From: Tubiluchus corallicola | Lineage: Eukaryota; Animalia; Priapulida | Direction of reading: 5' to 3' | Assembly: GCA_030141605.1 (NCBI GenBank) | Contig: JAQGDQ010000464.1 | Coordinates: 1-64,000 of the forward strand | Length of the DNA stretch: 64,000 nucleotides | The notes under the pieces: model-generated | What the model was told of the DNA's origin: nothing | The model's database searches: none | The model's input: the letters and a program-made list of their open reading frames with translations, nothing else | Part shown: positions 11,495 through 31,003 of the stretch, piece by piece | Layout: the number at the start of each line of letters is the position of its first letter | Numbering within the stretch: the first letter of the stretch is position 1 | Position numbers and translations under genes: made by a program

Positions 11495-14400
11495 TAACTT
11501 GTATAGAATATAGACTGACAAACGTGTCTAAAAACAAAACACTTATAGGCTTACTCTAGGCCAGATTTAGATGAAGAGAGGTACTAGGCTAGTCAACTTG
11601 TGAGGCCCATTCTCAACCCCCGACGTGCATCGTCTACCTCTGACACTCAAGACAATAGAAAGATTGAAGCGTTTTTTAAACAAAATTTAAGTCGAGAGTA
11701 ATGATCAGTGTTTAATAATGTAACGTAATTTACAACTCTTTCTAATCGGAGTTCCTAGTTCAAATGATACAACGACATTGTTAAATCCTGTAATAAACGT
11801 AAACATGCGTAAATTAATGTTAAAATAAAAACTGTGTAAAACTTTTTGCAAAACTGAACTTTACAAATATTGCATGAAATTGTAAATTTACTTTGTCACT
11901 TTTTAAAGCCCAAGAGCTTACAAATTTATTCTTGTGCATTTTACGCATTTTTTTTATATTCAGTATTAAATTCCGAAATTTTGCTATACAATTATTTGCC
12001 TGAAAATAAATTGCCTTTGCCCTAAAAATGTGAAATTCATTTGCTCTGGGAGGTCAACCACCCCCCTGACCCCCCGCTTTGTACGCCTATGAGCATGGGT
12101 CTCTATAATAGCTAAGAGTGCGCAGCACATAATAAATATTTTAACTAGAAACAATGACTGTGAAATACTCTACCTCACATAATTATTTACATTAAATTGG
12201 TTTAAAAACAGAATTGCATTATATCTACAACGTATTACATATCTATTAGTTTTACCCAACGATGACATTTATTGTACAAAATCAGCTTTACAGCTCTGAA
12301 ATCTGGGGATTTCAACTAATTACAACACCCACACACACACACATCAAAATAAATTTGATAACGTCTCAAGCGAAGATATTAATATCAAATTATGCAGATT
12401 CATGTTTAATTTAATAATAAATCGAGGAAATCTGTTCCAAGAGCTGAACCAGTCAGCCTTTTACAAAACTAGCTAAAGAGTGCATACTGCTAGCCGTAAG
12501 TCTATTTCCTTTGTATGACTGCTAAACATAACTGTCTACAGTTTGATTCAGAATATGCAACCAGTAAGTAATAACGTTTTTTGTTATTATTTCGATAAAG
12601 ATCGGGCAAAGTCCTATCTTTAACTATACGTATCCTATCTTTCTTGATCGTAATAAGCATTCTCAATCAACCTGTAGACAGCTATGTTTATTATTCAGAT
12701 GAAGAAAATAAACTTATGGCTTACAGTATTCTCTGTTGATCTAGTTTTGTAAGAGAAACCTTGCATACATATGGCTTCAATGATATTTGGGAAAATCAGG
12801 GTACTTTCCCTCGCAAGCAGTTTCTCAAGAAATTGGATGAAAGAATAAAGAATGATTATGTACGATTCTAGAAGAATAAAATGCACAACAACAACAAATT
12901 TGATAATCAAAATAAATTATGACTGTATAGAATTTTTAAGAAGCACTATCAGTTAGAGATCTATTTACTATTTGGTTTCAATAACTAAATACACCAAACT
13001 TAGAGTAGAGCTCCCTTTTGAAGTATATTGAAAAGGGAGATATCATAAACCAGGAAAAATTCATGTATATAATCATATTTGTACATTTTGTGGTAATAAT
13101 GAAATTGAAGAAGAACTGCACTTTGTAACTAGATTTTTATAACGACCTTTTTATAATGACTTGTGATTTATAATTTATAATCAAGTAGCATCAGTTGTAG
13201 CAGAACTTAGAAATAGTAATGATAGTGACAAATTTGCTTTTCGCATGAGTACATATAGTAGAGTAGATGAGTAGATGGTAGAGAAATAATAAAGCTGATT
13301 ATAAATTTTTTCCAAAGGGCATTCCGCAGACATGACATTAGATAACGAACGTCCCATATTCCTATATTTTTAATTACTAATATGTTAATATGGCATAGAA
13401 TGAACTAAATAGTAGGTCTACAACCATAGTATGTCTGCATTTTAATTTTTGTCATAGAATTGTTTATTTTTTAATACTTTGCTGCTTATCTATGCTGCTT
13501 TGGTGTAGTTTGTACTGTGTTTATTTTGTATCAGTCGATATCATTGTTGAAACTGTTTTGTAAACTGTCGTACATGACATTGTATTTGTTCGAAGGCACT
13601 AATAAAATATGAAGTATGAAACTTAAATAATATGCTTAATAATGCATGTGTGGCATTATGTATGATGACTATATGTCACATAAGATCGTGTTGCTATAAT
13701 TACTATAATTGTTTATTTAAATTATATTGTGTGTTGTTTATTTTTTGTATTTCGTAATGTGTTAGTTCAAATGTTGTGTATTGTACTGTTGTCTTTTGTT
13801 ATTAGTAAACTAGTTTATGAAAAAAACTCTTTAAGGTTAAAAACACTGAATTAGTCTGTTTATACAAATGGCAAAAAATAAATAAAATATTATTTGCAAT
13901 AACTTTATAATTGTAAAACCCAACAAATTACATTAAATTAAACATTATGATACTCACAATTAATGATATAGGAGTGTGAAGAGATTCTATGAGAATGGTG
14001 ACGTGACAGAGACAGAGACTGTTTAAAGATGATTTTTGAGATTCAAATTGTCTGTTTATATAATTTTCAAGCTACAACGTAGCAGAAAATAACATAGAAA
14101 TATTGTTAGCAAAACAAATAAACATACAAGGTGCAAAAACAAATAACACGGTTACATGCCAGAATTCTGAGCTGTACACTAAAGAATTTCCAATTTTCCC
14201 AATAGGTGGCAGTAGTTTAACGTAGTCTTCACTCACAAATATATGTTCGAATCCTATTGGCCTAGATTTCAGTTTTTGTATCCTTACCTAACTGTCCCGT
14301 TTCTTCCAGCTTTCCTGTTCCCGCTTGTCCTATAAATAATGGCTTGCTGCTGTTTAGTGACCTCAAGAAGTTCTCAAGTTTCTCATTTCTGACGTATAAA

Positions 14401-14864
14401 TCATCGTCAGCTCTCATAAACCATTCAAACTTATTCAAAGCGTGATCATGCATGAATTTCAACATCATAAATGATTTCTTCTGTGGCGGGTAATCATCGT
14501 TGACTCCAGGCAGGGGTACAACTGGTAACTGATATTTACTAGATGTCCCCTCACCAGTGAATATGGCAATTGTCCCAGGAACATTTTGACCCCAGGTACG
14601 ATAAACTGCCAATGCACGAGTGTCGATGAAAGAACGAGTTGTCATAACACCAACAAACAAAAGTTTGTTGACGCTAAACTTCTTGTTAATTTTAGTCGCA
14701 AATTGGATATCAGGCAATTCATTTTTCAACAAACTTATGCAAACTGAAAAACTAGGTACAGTTTTAGTTTTTAACCAGGATGTTAACATAATACCGCAAC
14801 AAATTCCAGTAAAAAGCAAAAGGAAGGTGTTAAATTTTGCTGGAAAGACGTCTTTTTTAACCAT
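2718..14864 (-). CDS. CHSY1: Chondroitin sulfate synthase 1, whole gene: exons 14864-14288, 11053-10869, 4295-2718; 779 aa
   Basis: Exon lengths 577+185+1578=2340 nt in phase, all GT-AG. N-terminal TM anchor; GT31-like domain (DDYPPQKKSFMMLKFMHD, WFMRADDDLYVR); GT7-like domain (FFVDVD, YFPIVFSLY, GWGTED). Confidence 0.93.
4747..5335 (+). mobile_element. Non-autonomous TTAA-flanked DNA transposon (Kolobok/T2-MITE-like), family A copy
   Basis: TTAA on both sides, ends ...CTTTCCT; homologous by eye to 30385-31003, 37480-37853, 41649-42226 and a fragment at 34917-35000. Confidence 0.7.
7417..7800. repeat. 40-bp minisatellite, about 9-10 copies
   Basis: AAGCCGTTCACATGTGCAACAAGTTGCGGGAGAAGTTGCC. 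Confidence 0.9.
8185..8795. repeat. 29-bp minisatellite, about 21 copies
   Basis: GTTAATCCRCCCCTGCTCGTGGCCTAACA. Confidence 0.95.
10226..10535. repeat. Compound microsatellite (ATAATG/GTGACA/ATGACA/AAT)
   Basis: Directly visible. Confidence 0.95.
10536..10694 (-). mobile_element. tRNA-derived SINE with simple-repeat tail
   Basis: Minus strand: A-box-like GGTTTAGTGGTAA, central GGTCATACCGAAGACTTTAAAAATGGCAC typical of invertebrate core-domain SINEs, followed by (ATT)n. Confidence 0.6.
10869..11053 (-). CDS. CHSY1: CHSY1 exon 2 (DLSEDENFCMGGPG...PCTWSYE)
   Basis: Acceptor TTTTCAG, donor GAG|GTGTGT; motifs NFCMGGPG and HEDVEVGRCV. Confidence 0.93.
11292..12091. mobile_element. hAT-type non-autonomous element
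   Basis: TIRs CGTAAGCGTAC / GTACGCCTATG, 8-bp TSD AGCATGGA/AGCATGGG, subterminal G and C runs. Confidence 0.65.
12995..13260 (+). mobile_element. LINE ORF2 3' remnant
   Basis: KLR...LP.EV..GRY then CTFCGNNEIEEELHFV...YNDL, a zinc-knuckle pattern with frameshifts. Confidence 0.55.
14288..14864 (-). CDS. CHSY1: CHSY1 exon 1 (MVKKDVF...ETGQL)
   Basis: ATG at 14864, TM segment FLLLFTGICCGIMLTSWL, LLFVGVMT, RADDD; donor TTAG|GTAAGG, phase 1. Confidence 0.92.
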
Positions 14865-15664
14865 GATAAGTATCACAGTTCTAACCAATGTGCACTATAT
14901 GTAGCCTCATAGTAACAAACGTAGGTTGATGATCAAATTCCTTATTAAAAACTTCGGTTACAAGCGTTGTTGTTTCACGCTCTGACATCAGATACAGTCT
15001 TTCTAAACTTGCACGCTGAGATTTAATACACAGTCTGTAAATATTTCAGCAAGTCGTCTATCGCTACTGTTCATTTTGTGTCCACTTATTCATAACCGAC
15101 CACACGGGTATTCTTGCATTGGATAAAACACGTTTACATAGTATGCAAGACGCGGGCAAAACAGCTGTTTAGTAAGGTATAAAAACACACTTTTCCACCA
15201 ATCTCGTAACTTCCAACAAACGAGCACAATGTATTAAACCCTAGCACGTTGGTCGCCCATCTGACAAAACTACAACAACAACACATGTTGTTGGCCAACC
15301 GTCGATGAATCACAACGAATCCTCTAATAGGCGTTGCCACGTGCACAAGGCTTACTGCTCTACACTGCAGGATAAGTCTGAAAATTTTCTCCAGTAGAAA
15401 AGTATTACAGGGAAAGTTCCTCTTTCATCTTAATTGGCTCTTACTCAAGAGAATGAAGTCAGCTGAGTTATGCAGTAAAGTTTAACATTTACAACAAAAT
15501 TACATGTAACTCGATCATAGAGAAGAGCATCTAATTCTGTTTTACATACGCCAACGTATCTCCCCGATAAGTCCTCGGAAATAGGAGCTCATTCTTTTCA
15601 TTGGGGAACCCCGCACATGCGGTTCCTCTGCCGGTGCAGTGTAAACTTCCGCCTAGTCCTTGTA

Positions 15665-17252
15665 GTTTCGATAAAATGTTAGTAGCAGTCTTGCCGTTTT
15701 GTGCATCACAGTTAATGTAGTTTATATATCGATAAAATGTCAGTAGTAGTCTTGCCATTTTGCGCATAACAGTTAATGTAGTTTATATTTCGATAAAATG
15801 TCAGTCGCAGTCTTGCCGTTTTGTGCATAACAGTTAATGTAGTTTATATTTCGATAAAATGTCAGTCGCAGTCTTGCCGTTTTGTGCATAACAGTTAATG
15901 TAGTTTATATTTCGATAAAATGTCAGTCACAGACTTGCCGTTTTGTGCATAACAGTTAATGTAGCTTAGATTTCGATAAAATGTCAGTAGCAGCCTTGCC
16001 GTTTTGTGCATCACAGTTAATGTAGTTTATATTTCGATAAAGTGTCAGTAGTAGTCTTGCCGTTTTGATAAAATGTCAGTAGTAGTCTTGCCGTTTTGAT
16101 AAAATGTCAGTAGTAGTCTTGCCGTTTTGATAAAATGTCAGTAGTAGTCTTGCCGTTTTGATAAAATGTCAGTAGTAGTCTTGCCGTTTTGATAAAATGT
16201 CAGTAGTAGTCTTGCCGTTTTGATAAAATGTCAGTAGTAGTCTTGCCGTTTTGATAAAATGTCAGTAGCAGCCTTGCCGTTTTGTGCATCACAGTTAATG
16301 TAGTTTATATTTCGATAAAATGTCAGTAGTAGTCTTGCCGTTTTGTGCATCACAGTTAATGTAGTTTATATTTCGATAAAATGTCAGTAGTAGTCTTGCC
16401 GTTTTGATAAAATGTCAGTAGTAGTCTTGCCGTTTTGATAAAATGTCAGTAGTAGTCTTGCCGTTTTGATAAAATGTCAGTAGTAGTCTTGCCGTTTTGT
16501 GCATCACAGTTAATGTAGTTTGTATTTCGATAAAATGTTAGTAGCAGTCTTGCCGTTTTGTGCATAACAGCTAATGTAGTTTATATTTCGATAAAATGTT
16601 AGTAGCAGTCTTGCCGTTTTGTGCATCACAGTTAATGTAGTTTATATTTCGATAAAATGTCAGTAGTAGTCTTGCCGTTTTGTGCATAACAGTTAATGTA
16701 GTTTATATTTCGATAAAATGTTAGTAGTAGTCTTGCCGTTTTGTGCATAACAGTTAATGTAGTTTATATTTCGATAAAATGTTAGTAGTAGTCTTGCCGT
16801 TTTGTGCATAAAATGTCAGTAGTAGTCTTGCCGTTTTGTGCATCACAGTTAATGTAGTTTATATTTCGATAAAATGTCAGTAGTAGTCTTGCCGTTTTGT
16901 GCATAACAGTTAATGTAGTTTATATTTCGATAAAATGTCAGTAGTAGCCTTGCCGTTTTGATAAAATGTCAGTAGTAGTCTTGCCGTTTTGTGCTTCACA
17001 GTTAATGTAGTTTATATTTCGATAAAATGTCAGTAGCAGTCTTGCCGTTTTGTGCATAACAGTTAATGTAGTTTATATTTCGATAAAATGTCAGTAGTAG
17101 TCTTGCCGTTTTGTGCATCACAGTTAATGTAGTTTATATTTCGATAAAATGTCAGTAGTAGTCTTGCCGTTTTGTGCATCACAGTTAATGTAGTTTATAT
17201 TTTGATAAAATGTCAGTAGTAGTCTTGCCGTTTTGTGCATCACAGTTAATGT
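15665..17252. repeat. Minisatellite of mixed 61-bp and 31-bp units
   Basis: GATAAAATGTCAGTAGTAGTCTTGCCGTTTT with or without GTGCATCACAGTTAATGTAGTTTATATTTC. Confidence 0.95.
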
Positions 17253-18516
17253 ATGGAAACTTTATTGAGTACGATCACTGTCCAATTTTGTAAAATATCC
17301 GCATATTTCGTCAAATATTATCTACAACGACATTTGTACTTCTAGTCCTTCTACACATCAACCCGTTAACCATTCTGGCAAGCAGTCAGACAAATATCCA
17401 GCCATCAAGCCACATAACACTCTTCAGCCAGCAAACAAACTGATTGACCAACCAACCAAACAAACAACAACCAACCAACCTACCTACCTACCTACTATTA
17501 ATCAATAAAGCTTCCAAGAGACCAACTATTAAACCAAATACCAGTCAAATGTGAAAACATCTAGTTTTGCTTTGGGTTATTTTAAAGCATTGCGATAACG
17601 TTAACTATAGGCCTAGTTATCTTGACATTTTGTTCTTGTCTTAAGGTCGTTAACCCCCATTCTGTTTAAGAAAATTAGTGACCCTTTCTGTAAACTAAGA
17701 CAAAACTCAAAAGCAAAACTTCTTTGGAACAGTAACGTTAATTAGAAATTCGTGAATTAGCAAAAATCAGTGTTCGGTAACATTTTTGGTGTTATATATT
17801 TTAGGCCGTAAAATAAAGGTAAGTTATATGCACTGTAAACTTATCTATGTTTAAATTCTTTATTTATTTAGTTATTTGATATTCACACGAACATAAAGTA
17901 TTAGAAATCACTACTGTAAGCAAATGCATAATATAAAACCGGTTGTATGATTCGTGATATTCGTGTCCGCTTTTAGCTAACTTAAATGCAAAAAATAAAA
18001 ATAAAAATGATAAAATGAATACAAAAATATTAATATTTTTAGGATAATTTATGATATTTTATAATAGTTTTACGATAATATTTGCAAAGTTTTGACAAAC
18101 TATTTAGTCTCTCTTAAGAATCAGTTTTAGTTTGGGACACATTTAACAAACAGCGCAACTTTATATTGTCCACGAATTAGGAAGATTGGTAAGAATTAAT
18201 TACTGCTTACGGGGCTCTCCAATTACCTTTTATAAAAGGTAAAAAGCGACAACAAACTTAAATTACAAAACAAATAAACAAATAAACAAACGATCAGCAA
18301 AAATTCATTGAAACATATACGATGACAGACTGAATCGTGTCACAGAAGAATCTTCGTATACACAGGACACTTATTGAAGGACAAGAAAATGGGCACCTGA
18401 AGTAGGTTTCAGAAAAATCAGAAAAATTATACTAGTTTACAGCAGTTGTATGCGTTTACCGTACTCACGCACAACGTAAATCAGGGGAAGAAAAGGAAAT
18501 GTTAAACTAGGCCCCA

Positions 18517-18850
<334 letters not shown>

Positions 18851-19407
18851 TATTTTATTTCAGACATTTTCAGTGTATAGAATAAGAATAAGAATATTGG
18901 TAACGAAAAGTAATGACGTAAAAAATAAAATGTATTTACAACTATTCACAAACATTAAAAATATGATTTAATTAATGTGGCCGTCGATATATATTAATTC
19001 TAAATTATTTTGAAATGCTGTGCTGATGTTGATAGTGCATTTAAATTTAAAGAGCAGGGTAAAATATTCTTTGTGTGATTCAATGATTGAAGTTTTAAAG
19101 TTTTTTTGGGTTACTTGCTGAAGCTTTGAATATTTGTCGACCTGCCTTACGTTTGTATGAGTACCCAGCTATACATGTGCGTATGTGAATATTCCCTGTA
19201 CGAGGTAAACAGACTGAATCAGTACGGATAATGACAACTCCAAAGCGAGGATCAAACCTAGCTTGCTTAGTTACTCACTCACTTGCTTGCGTAGTTACTC
19301 ACTCACTTGCTTGCTTAGTTACTCACTCACTTGCTTGTTTACTTTTTCAGAACCCGCGCCAGTGATTTGCATGCTTGGAACGAAAACTTATCCCACTGCA
19401 GAGAGAA

Positions 19408-24964
<5,557 letters not shown>

Positions 24965-25869
24965 AATAGTGCGTTAGGTGTGACCAGTGAAAGAAAACCT
25001 TGTAAATAGTTTGTTATCTGGTCCTTTTGCTGAATAGATGCAGCTAAACTTCACTAACCGGGCATCATTGAGGTCTTTCCATGAAGAGGGCAAAATCGTA
25101 AAAAGAAATCTAAACATGTGAATTTATCGTGCAGTATGACTGTGTGTTAGGATACCGGGCTGGTGTTTTAGCCCACGTTCTGTTCTGTAAAGTACTGTTA
25201 CAGGTATTACTGTCTGTTACGTGTGGCACAGTCTGTTTCTGGTTGCTGTCAAGACGAAAATGTTGCAGGTGATAGGTGAGTGTGCGAAATAATTAATTTA
25301 GTATACCTGCAAGTCATTACTGAGTCATTAAGTATCTTGTGCGGAAGCAACTCGTGCCACAGAGTGTTAATTTAACCTTCAGGCGTTGGTCTAATTTTCT
25401 ATTGTGACCCACAAGTGAAGAGTATTTGTCGTAATTCTTCGCCAGTAGGCAAATTTTCAGTGCTCTTTGCAGTGGCTCCAGTGAAGTTTTACATGGACAT
25501 CATTTTATGGACTGCTTCAAGATTCTGTCAGGTGCAAGCTGCTGAAATTTTGACTGTTGTCATCTATACCTTACTGATTATTTACGTGAATTTTAATTGA
25601 TTTAGATTAAAAAAATTAATGTAACTACATTCATTGTTTCTAGCAAAAGAATAACGAAGGCCAATATGATGTCATGATGTTAATGAAAAAAAGCTACTTG
25701 TACGTTAATACAAAAAAGAATATGGCATTATTTATCCCATATATTATTATATTATTGTTATATATATATTATATTGTTATATTGTTTATATATAACTTTA
25801 ATATTTCTGCTGTCACGTTCAATGTAAATAAATGTTCTGACTGGTTAATATTTTGATAAAACAACCAAA

Positions 25870-26640
25870 TTTTAATCCGGGTGATTGAAGCCGCAGTCCA
25901 TCAATCCATCCAGTGACCCGTGCTAAATTCACTTATACTCTGGAGCCCCCTTCAATATTTTATTAATAACAAATGAGATACGAGTAAGAGCCGCATCAGT
26001 GAGAGCATTACATTAGTAACTATAGAAATGATCGAAAGTTCAAATTTGGAATTATTATTTGGAATTAGCGGAGCAAAAGCAGCTGTACGTTTGTTCATCA
26101 TAAAAGAACGTGAGATCAAGATAAAATATAATTTTATTATCCACAAGTATCACAAAACAATTCAAAATCAGATATGCCTCTTTCGTCAGTAATTTCCCCT
26201 GTGGAAACTGGCGACCAAATTCCAAAAATCTTTTTTGAAGAAATACTATAGACTAACACAAGAAATGTAGTGGCCAGATTCCATCATCTACAACTGGAAT
26301 ATCGTTCACAAAAAGTACAAAGAGCAATGGACTTAAGAACCTCCCATGAGGTACCCCTGACGTTACAGGGCTTCGACCACTAAAAGCGTCTCAGATGGTG
26401 ACCCCTTTTCAGTGCGACTTATTAGAAAGTTTCATTAACACACTGAGACTCGTGCTTGCCAGTTTCCATGATTTTTCAAAGTTACGCACAGAAGAACAGC
26501 AGATACTCCACAATTCTTGACGATAGAAAATGCAGAGAAAAGGCGTTTAAATCGAGAAAGACTTGCATTTTCCTAAACGGACAAGATAGGTCTACCAAAT
26601 TGTAGATGATGATTCTTTGAACTCAGTTCTTTTCCACTAG
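25870..26640 (-). mobile_element. CR1/L2-group LINE reverse transcriptase remnant
   Basis: VFLD..AF and PVTSGVPHG..LSPLLFVLFVND motifs with frameshifts. Confidence 0.65.
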
Positions 26641-26899
26641 TTAAACATTTTTTTGTTCAGATTAGACAGTTTTTAAAACTGATACATGAACCCTCACCGT
26701 AAATGTATGAACAGGCAAACGGGCAGCAATAAAGTGACATTAATACAAACAAACACGAAAGACATATACAAACAAACTCAAAAGACATACACGTACAAAG
26801 TTAGTAGATGTGACACACTGGATAAAATAAATAATTGTATAATAAACAGTAATCGGTTAAGAGTATCTTTACAGTAAGTACGTGAAAGGGATCCTGAAG

Positions 26900-27330
26900 T
26901 CTGATCACGTTGAAACGATTTGTACTCGTAATGTAATTTCGAATGCAATCAAAAAGTTTACATTCAACATCAACATCATCAAAATCACTACTCCTACAAA
27001 GATACAATAACAGAAGTTTGTTATATCCATATTGTAAAATGTTGATATTTAAGACAAAAATATATTATTTAATTGACTGAACAGTTCTAGCTTGATAATA
27101 ATGAAGGCATTTAAGCAAGAAATATGATCTGAGTTTTCAAAATAAAAACCACAATCACAGTTTGGAGACACTAGTACTCCCATCAGACTCTATGAAGCCT
27201 TTCAAAAACAAATCACATTTAACTGGCTAAAACCAATACACGTGCACGCGAAATGGACAGAATCAGGTTACCTGCCCGATGAATAATGGTTACGATTAAT
27301 GTTAAACTTCAGTAACGTTGTTAATTCCCG
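26900..27330 (-). mobile_element. CR1-like LINE 3' remnant
   Basis: DLF....SPNCDCGFYFENSDH.FLLKCLHYYQAR...LFDCIRNYITSTNRF. Confidence 0.65.
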
Positions 27331-27750
27331 TTTGGATGCGCTTAGAGATGACATTTCACGTAACCACATACGTAACCTTGTCCATTATGGGTCTTTGACC
27401 AGTGGTCCTTTAGATGGTGGCTCTTTAATAATTGGTGGTCCTTTGTCTGGTAGCCCGCCACGATGCGGTGGCTAGAAAGAAATGTGGACAAGCACTAGAT
27501 GTAGCGAAGAACAATTGCAGCAAGATGTAGTGTGGTATCCGGGTAGTGTAACTAGCGAAAACAGTATAAGTGCTGTATTTCTACGTTTACATCAGCCTTA
27601 CTATTACTACCGCCATTAATGTCTGGTATTGTCCATGATCTAATAGTCCGGTCAAATTAACACAAAAAACACGCAGACAAAAATAGTGTAAAACTGAATT
27701 TTTACACAGACACGCAGAAAGTTGTCCAGAAGAACATCTTAAAAATCCCT

Positions 27751-28050
27751 GATAAATCCATCTTGGAGAAAAAGTTATGGGGCTTTAAATTCAAAATGAC
27801 CGTCAATGCAGCATTAAAGTCAAAATAACTCAACCAGGTGGCATTTAAGATGGGATAAATGTATTGACAGTCAATGACCTTGAAACGATTTTCTTCTGAT
27901 AGGCCACACGCATGTTTATATCAGCTAGTAATAATTTTATGTCATCTTAAACGCCACCTGTTTGAGTTATTTTGACTTTAATGCGGTACTTTGACGTTGG
28001 CGTCCATTTTTAATTTAAAGCCACACAATTTTTCCCCAAGGCAGATGTAT
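27751..28050. mobile_element. Foldback MITE-like element with ~115-bp inverted arms
   Basis: GCATTAAAGTCAAAATAACTCAACCAGGTGGCATTTAAGATG pairs with CATCTTAAACGCCACCTGTTTGAGTTATTTTGACTTTAATGC. Confidence 0.7.
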
Positions 28051-28109
28051 GGCGACGACTGATTTTAATCGTAACAATTATTGACACAGCGACTGTCTTC
28101 CTATATATT

Positions 28110-28370
28110 ACTAACTCAGTTCTACTTCTTACTCAGTCCTACTTCAAACACAATCCTACTTCTAACTCTCTCCTACTTCAAACACAATCCTACTTCTAAC
28201 TCTCTCCTACTTCAAACACAATCCTACTTCTAACTAAATCATACTTCTAACTCTATCCTACTTCAAACACAATCCTACTTCTAACTCAGTCCTACTTCTA
28301 ACTCTATCCTACTTCAAACACAATCCTACATCTAACATGATTCTACTTCTAACTCTATCCTACTCAGTTT
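28110..28370. repeat. 17-bp degenerate minisatellite
   Basis: Alternating CCTACTTCAAACACAAT / CCTACTTCTAACTCTCT. Confidence 0.85.
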
Positions 28371-28841
28371 CTAACTGTATTTTACCCAAGGTTCTAAATT
28401 GCAGAACTTTCAAATCTGGTATGCTGTAGGAAAGCTACAAAAAGTAGTGCAGCAGGAATTAGTCTTACAGAGCGAGCAAGCCCGAGGACTCAAAACGACG
28501 GAAGAAAGAACAGTCAGTTCAATGTTTCGTGTACCTGGAACATAAGCAACTTTTGCGACATCTATTTCGACAAAAATAAGCTCCGGGCTTTCTATAAAAT
28601 GTCCATACACGTTCAAGCAAATGTTACTGTCGCTCAACCGTATTTATCCCGAAATTTCAAGCAAAGAGACAACAACGCTATAATCAAAGCTCTTTGTCAA
28701 AACGCTAAAGGTAACGCACTACGTCCAGTCTTAGCCGTCAACATATTATAGTTCAAAATTGTTAATTGCCTAAAATCCTTAAATTGTCTTCATTTTCTCT
28801 CTATTAAAGCAACAAAACTTCTGATATGTTATATTAGTACG

Positions 28842-29410
28842 CAGGGGCTATTCTAGGTAGTCTAATGCTCTAGGAAAACGCATTTTAGCGCCTCCATCTC
28901 AATGGCCAAACCTTTCCTCCGCGGTCCACACCCCACTCCCAATATTGAATTATTCTTGTATAATATTATAATGAATTATAGTGATACCGTATTGTAGTGT
29001 GTAATGTATTATAGTGCACTAATCAGGTGTAGCCAATTACCGATCTACAGCTTGTGTTGATTAAATTTGAAGTTGAATTTATGACGCCGTTGTACGTCTT
29101 GGGAGCTGAGTGAAGTGGCGTAATCTTACAAAACTTGATAAAACAAAACTAAAAAATGTTTTTCTACGGGAGGACACTTGCCAGCATCTAAGACTCTTAC
29201 AACAGGAAAATAGCGCAACTAGATTGTTTTGTTTAATTAGTGTTGTGACCTGAAAGAATTACACATACAGCATGTTATTACCTTATTCAAAAGCTAAATT
29301 TATTATTCAAAGGCTAATTGGGCTAAATTTCAGAATTAATTAAAGAATTACTTACAGAATTTGGCGCCCTAGACAACTGCCTAGTTTTCCTCATGGTAGA
29401 GCCAGCCTTG
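28842..29410. mobile_element. hAT-type non-autonomous element
   Basis: TIRs CAGGGGCTATTCTAG / TAGAGCCAGCCTTG, 8-bp TSD TTAGTACG/TTAGTGCG. Confidence 0.65.
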
Positions 29411-30384
29411 TTAGTGCGTGACGTAAGTATTATTAAAACTATAGTCATCACTGTATTACTATAATGCATATGGCGACACCTACAGTGTCGCAAATAGTTT
29501 AGTCCTGCTTGGTTTATTATTTTAGTTCGTATCAGTTATCAATTGTTTGATATAATGCATATTATCCGTAATTCGTATAACGTGACGTAATCTGTATAAC
29601 AGAAAAGCCAGAGAGATTTGTGTCATACTTAATACCTAAAATATATATTCACTATATTCCCTAGATTCGCTGTATTCTTAACCCAAAATGATTTATTATT
29701 ACAAAACAAATTTGACCTGTTTTTCACTCAAAACTAAAATGCTAATTTTAGTTTATGCAACACTGACTCAGTTCTGTTGCCCACTAATTTATAGTACATG
29801 TATTTTCTTTATTTTGGATTACTTTGTTATATAATATCATAAATTTAAAAATTAATTCTGTTTCCTAAATCAAACTGACAACATTAATTTTCATACCCAC
29901 TAGCGTCTAAAAATCATTTTATCTATATTCGGCAAAAGATAACAGACTAGGTGACTTTATAGACTTTTCGCAATCCTTTCTCTACTGGGCTAGTGTGGTG
30001 TTATAAAGAAATATAAAAATTGAAATTGAATTGAATAGAAATGTTATAGTTGCAGATTTGTCATCATTAAGCAAAACCTGATTTCGCGAAAAGTGCTGCC
30101 TATTCAAAGTTACGCTGATCAAAAACTTCATTCTTTGAGGCGATATCCGAGGGTCGCTACATTAATATCAGTGACATTAAAGCAATGGCTTTCAGTTGGT
30201 AGACAATGTTTGACAATTGTTAGACAATTGACTCTTTGTTAGACAATGTTTCTTTTGAATGCCATTGTTTGAACCATTTACGTCATGGATTTGCCATGTT
30301 GTTCTACACTGCTACTCAACTAAAAAACAGTTAAGAACAGTTACTCAACTAAACGAGACACATATAAAGAATTCAACTCATTTT

Positions 30385-31003
30385 AACTAGTTCTACGCTG
30401 TTACATGCATTTCGTCATTCACTTGTAGGACGGACACTAGTGCTTGCATTTAAGAAACGCATTGCGCAAAAAACAAATGCTGTACCTCTCAATTCAGATC
30501 TGTTAGTTTGTGATGAACTACACACGTTCGACAGCTCATGAATGAGCACAGCGGTAAATTTAAAATTAGAATTTTTATCTTAAAACTTGCCTAGTTTTAC
30601 TACAACACACTGAATATCTTACAGTAGCACTGTACTTCAGTTTTCGCTTTCTCAAACACGTGCAACACGCTCATGGAATATTTTTACTGTTGAAAATTAT
30701 GTTAGTTTGTGAGTTCAATAGGTGGGTTCGTCCGCTGTCAGTTAAGTTTTTAATCTATCATTTAATTATCAGAAACGCTTTTCTGGTAATTTGCCGAGTT
30801 TTTGTATATCACAAAAAATGTTGTACAGTAGTTTCGTGTTTCGCAAACGTTCGTTTGTGAAGTCATCACTAGCTGGGCTGGCCCGCCGTTAACTAAGTTT
30901 TTAGTCTGTCATTCAAATGCTTTGACATTATTATATGTGTTAAAATGTGTACATTTTGCCGTATTTTATAATGGGGTATGAAAAATCGTCCTGTTTTGCT
31001 TTA
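30385..31003 (-). mobile_element. Family A MITE copy, truncated
   Basis: Shares CACTAGTGCTTGCATT...CAGCGGTAAATTTAAAATT...TATGAAAAATCGTCCTGT with 41649-42226. Confidence 0.7.
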
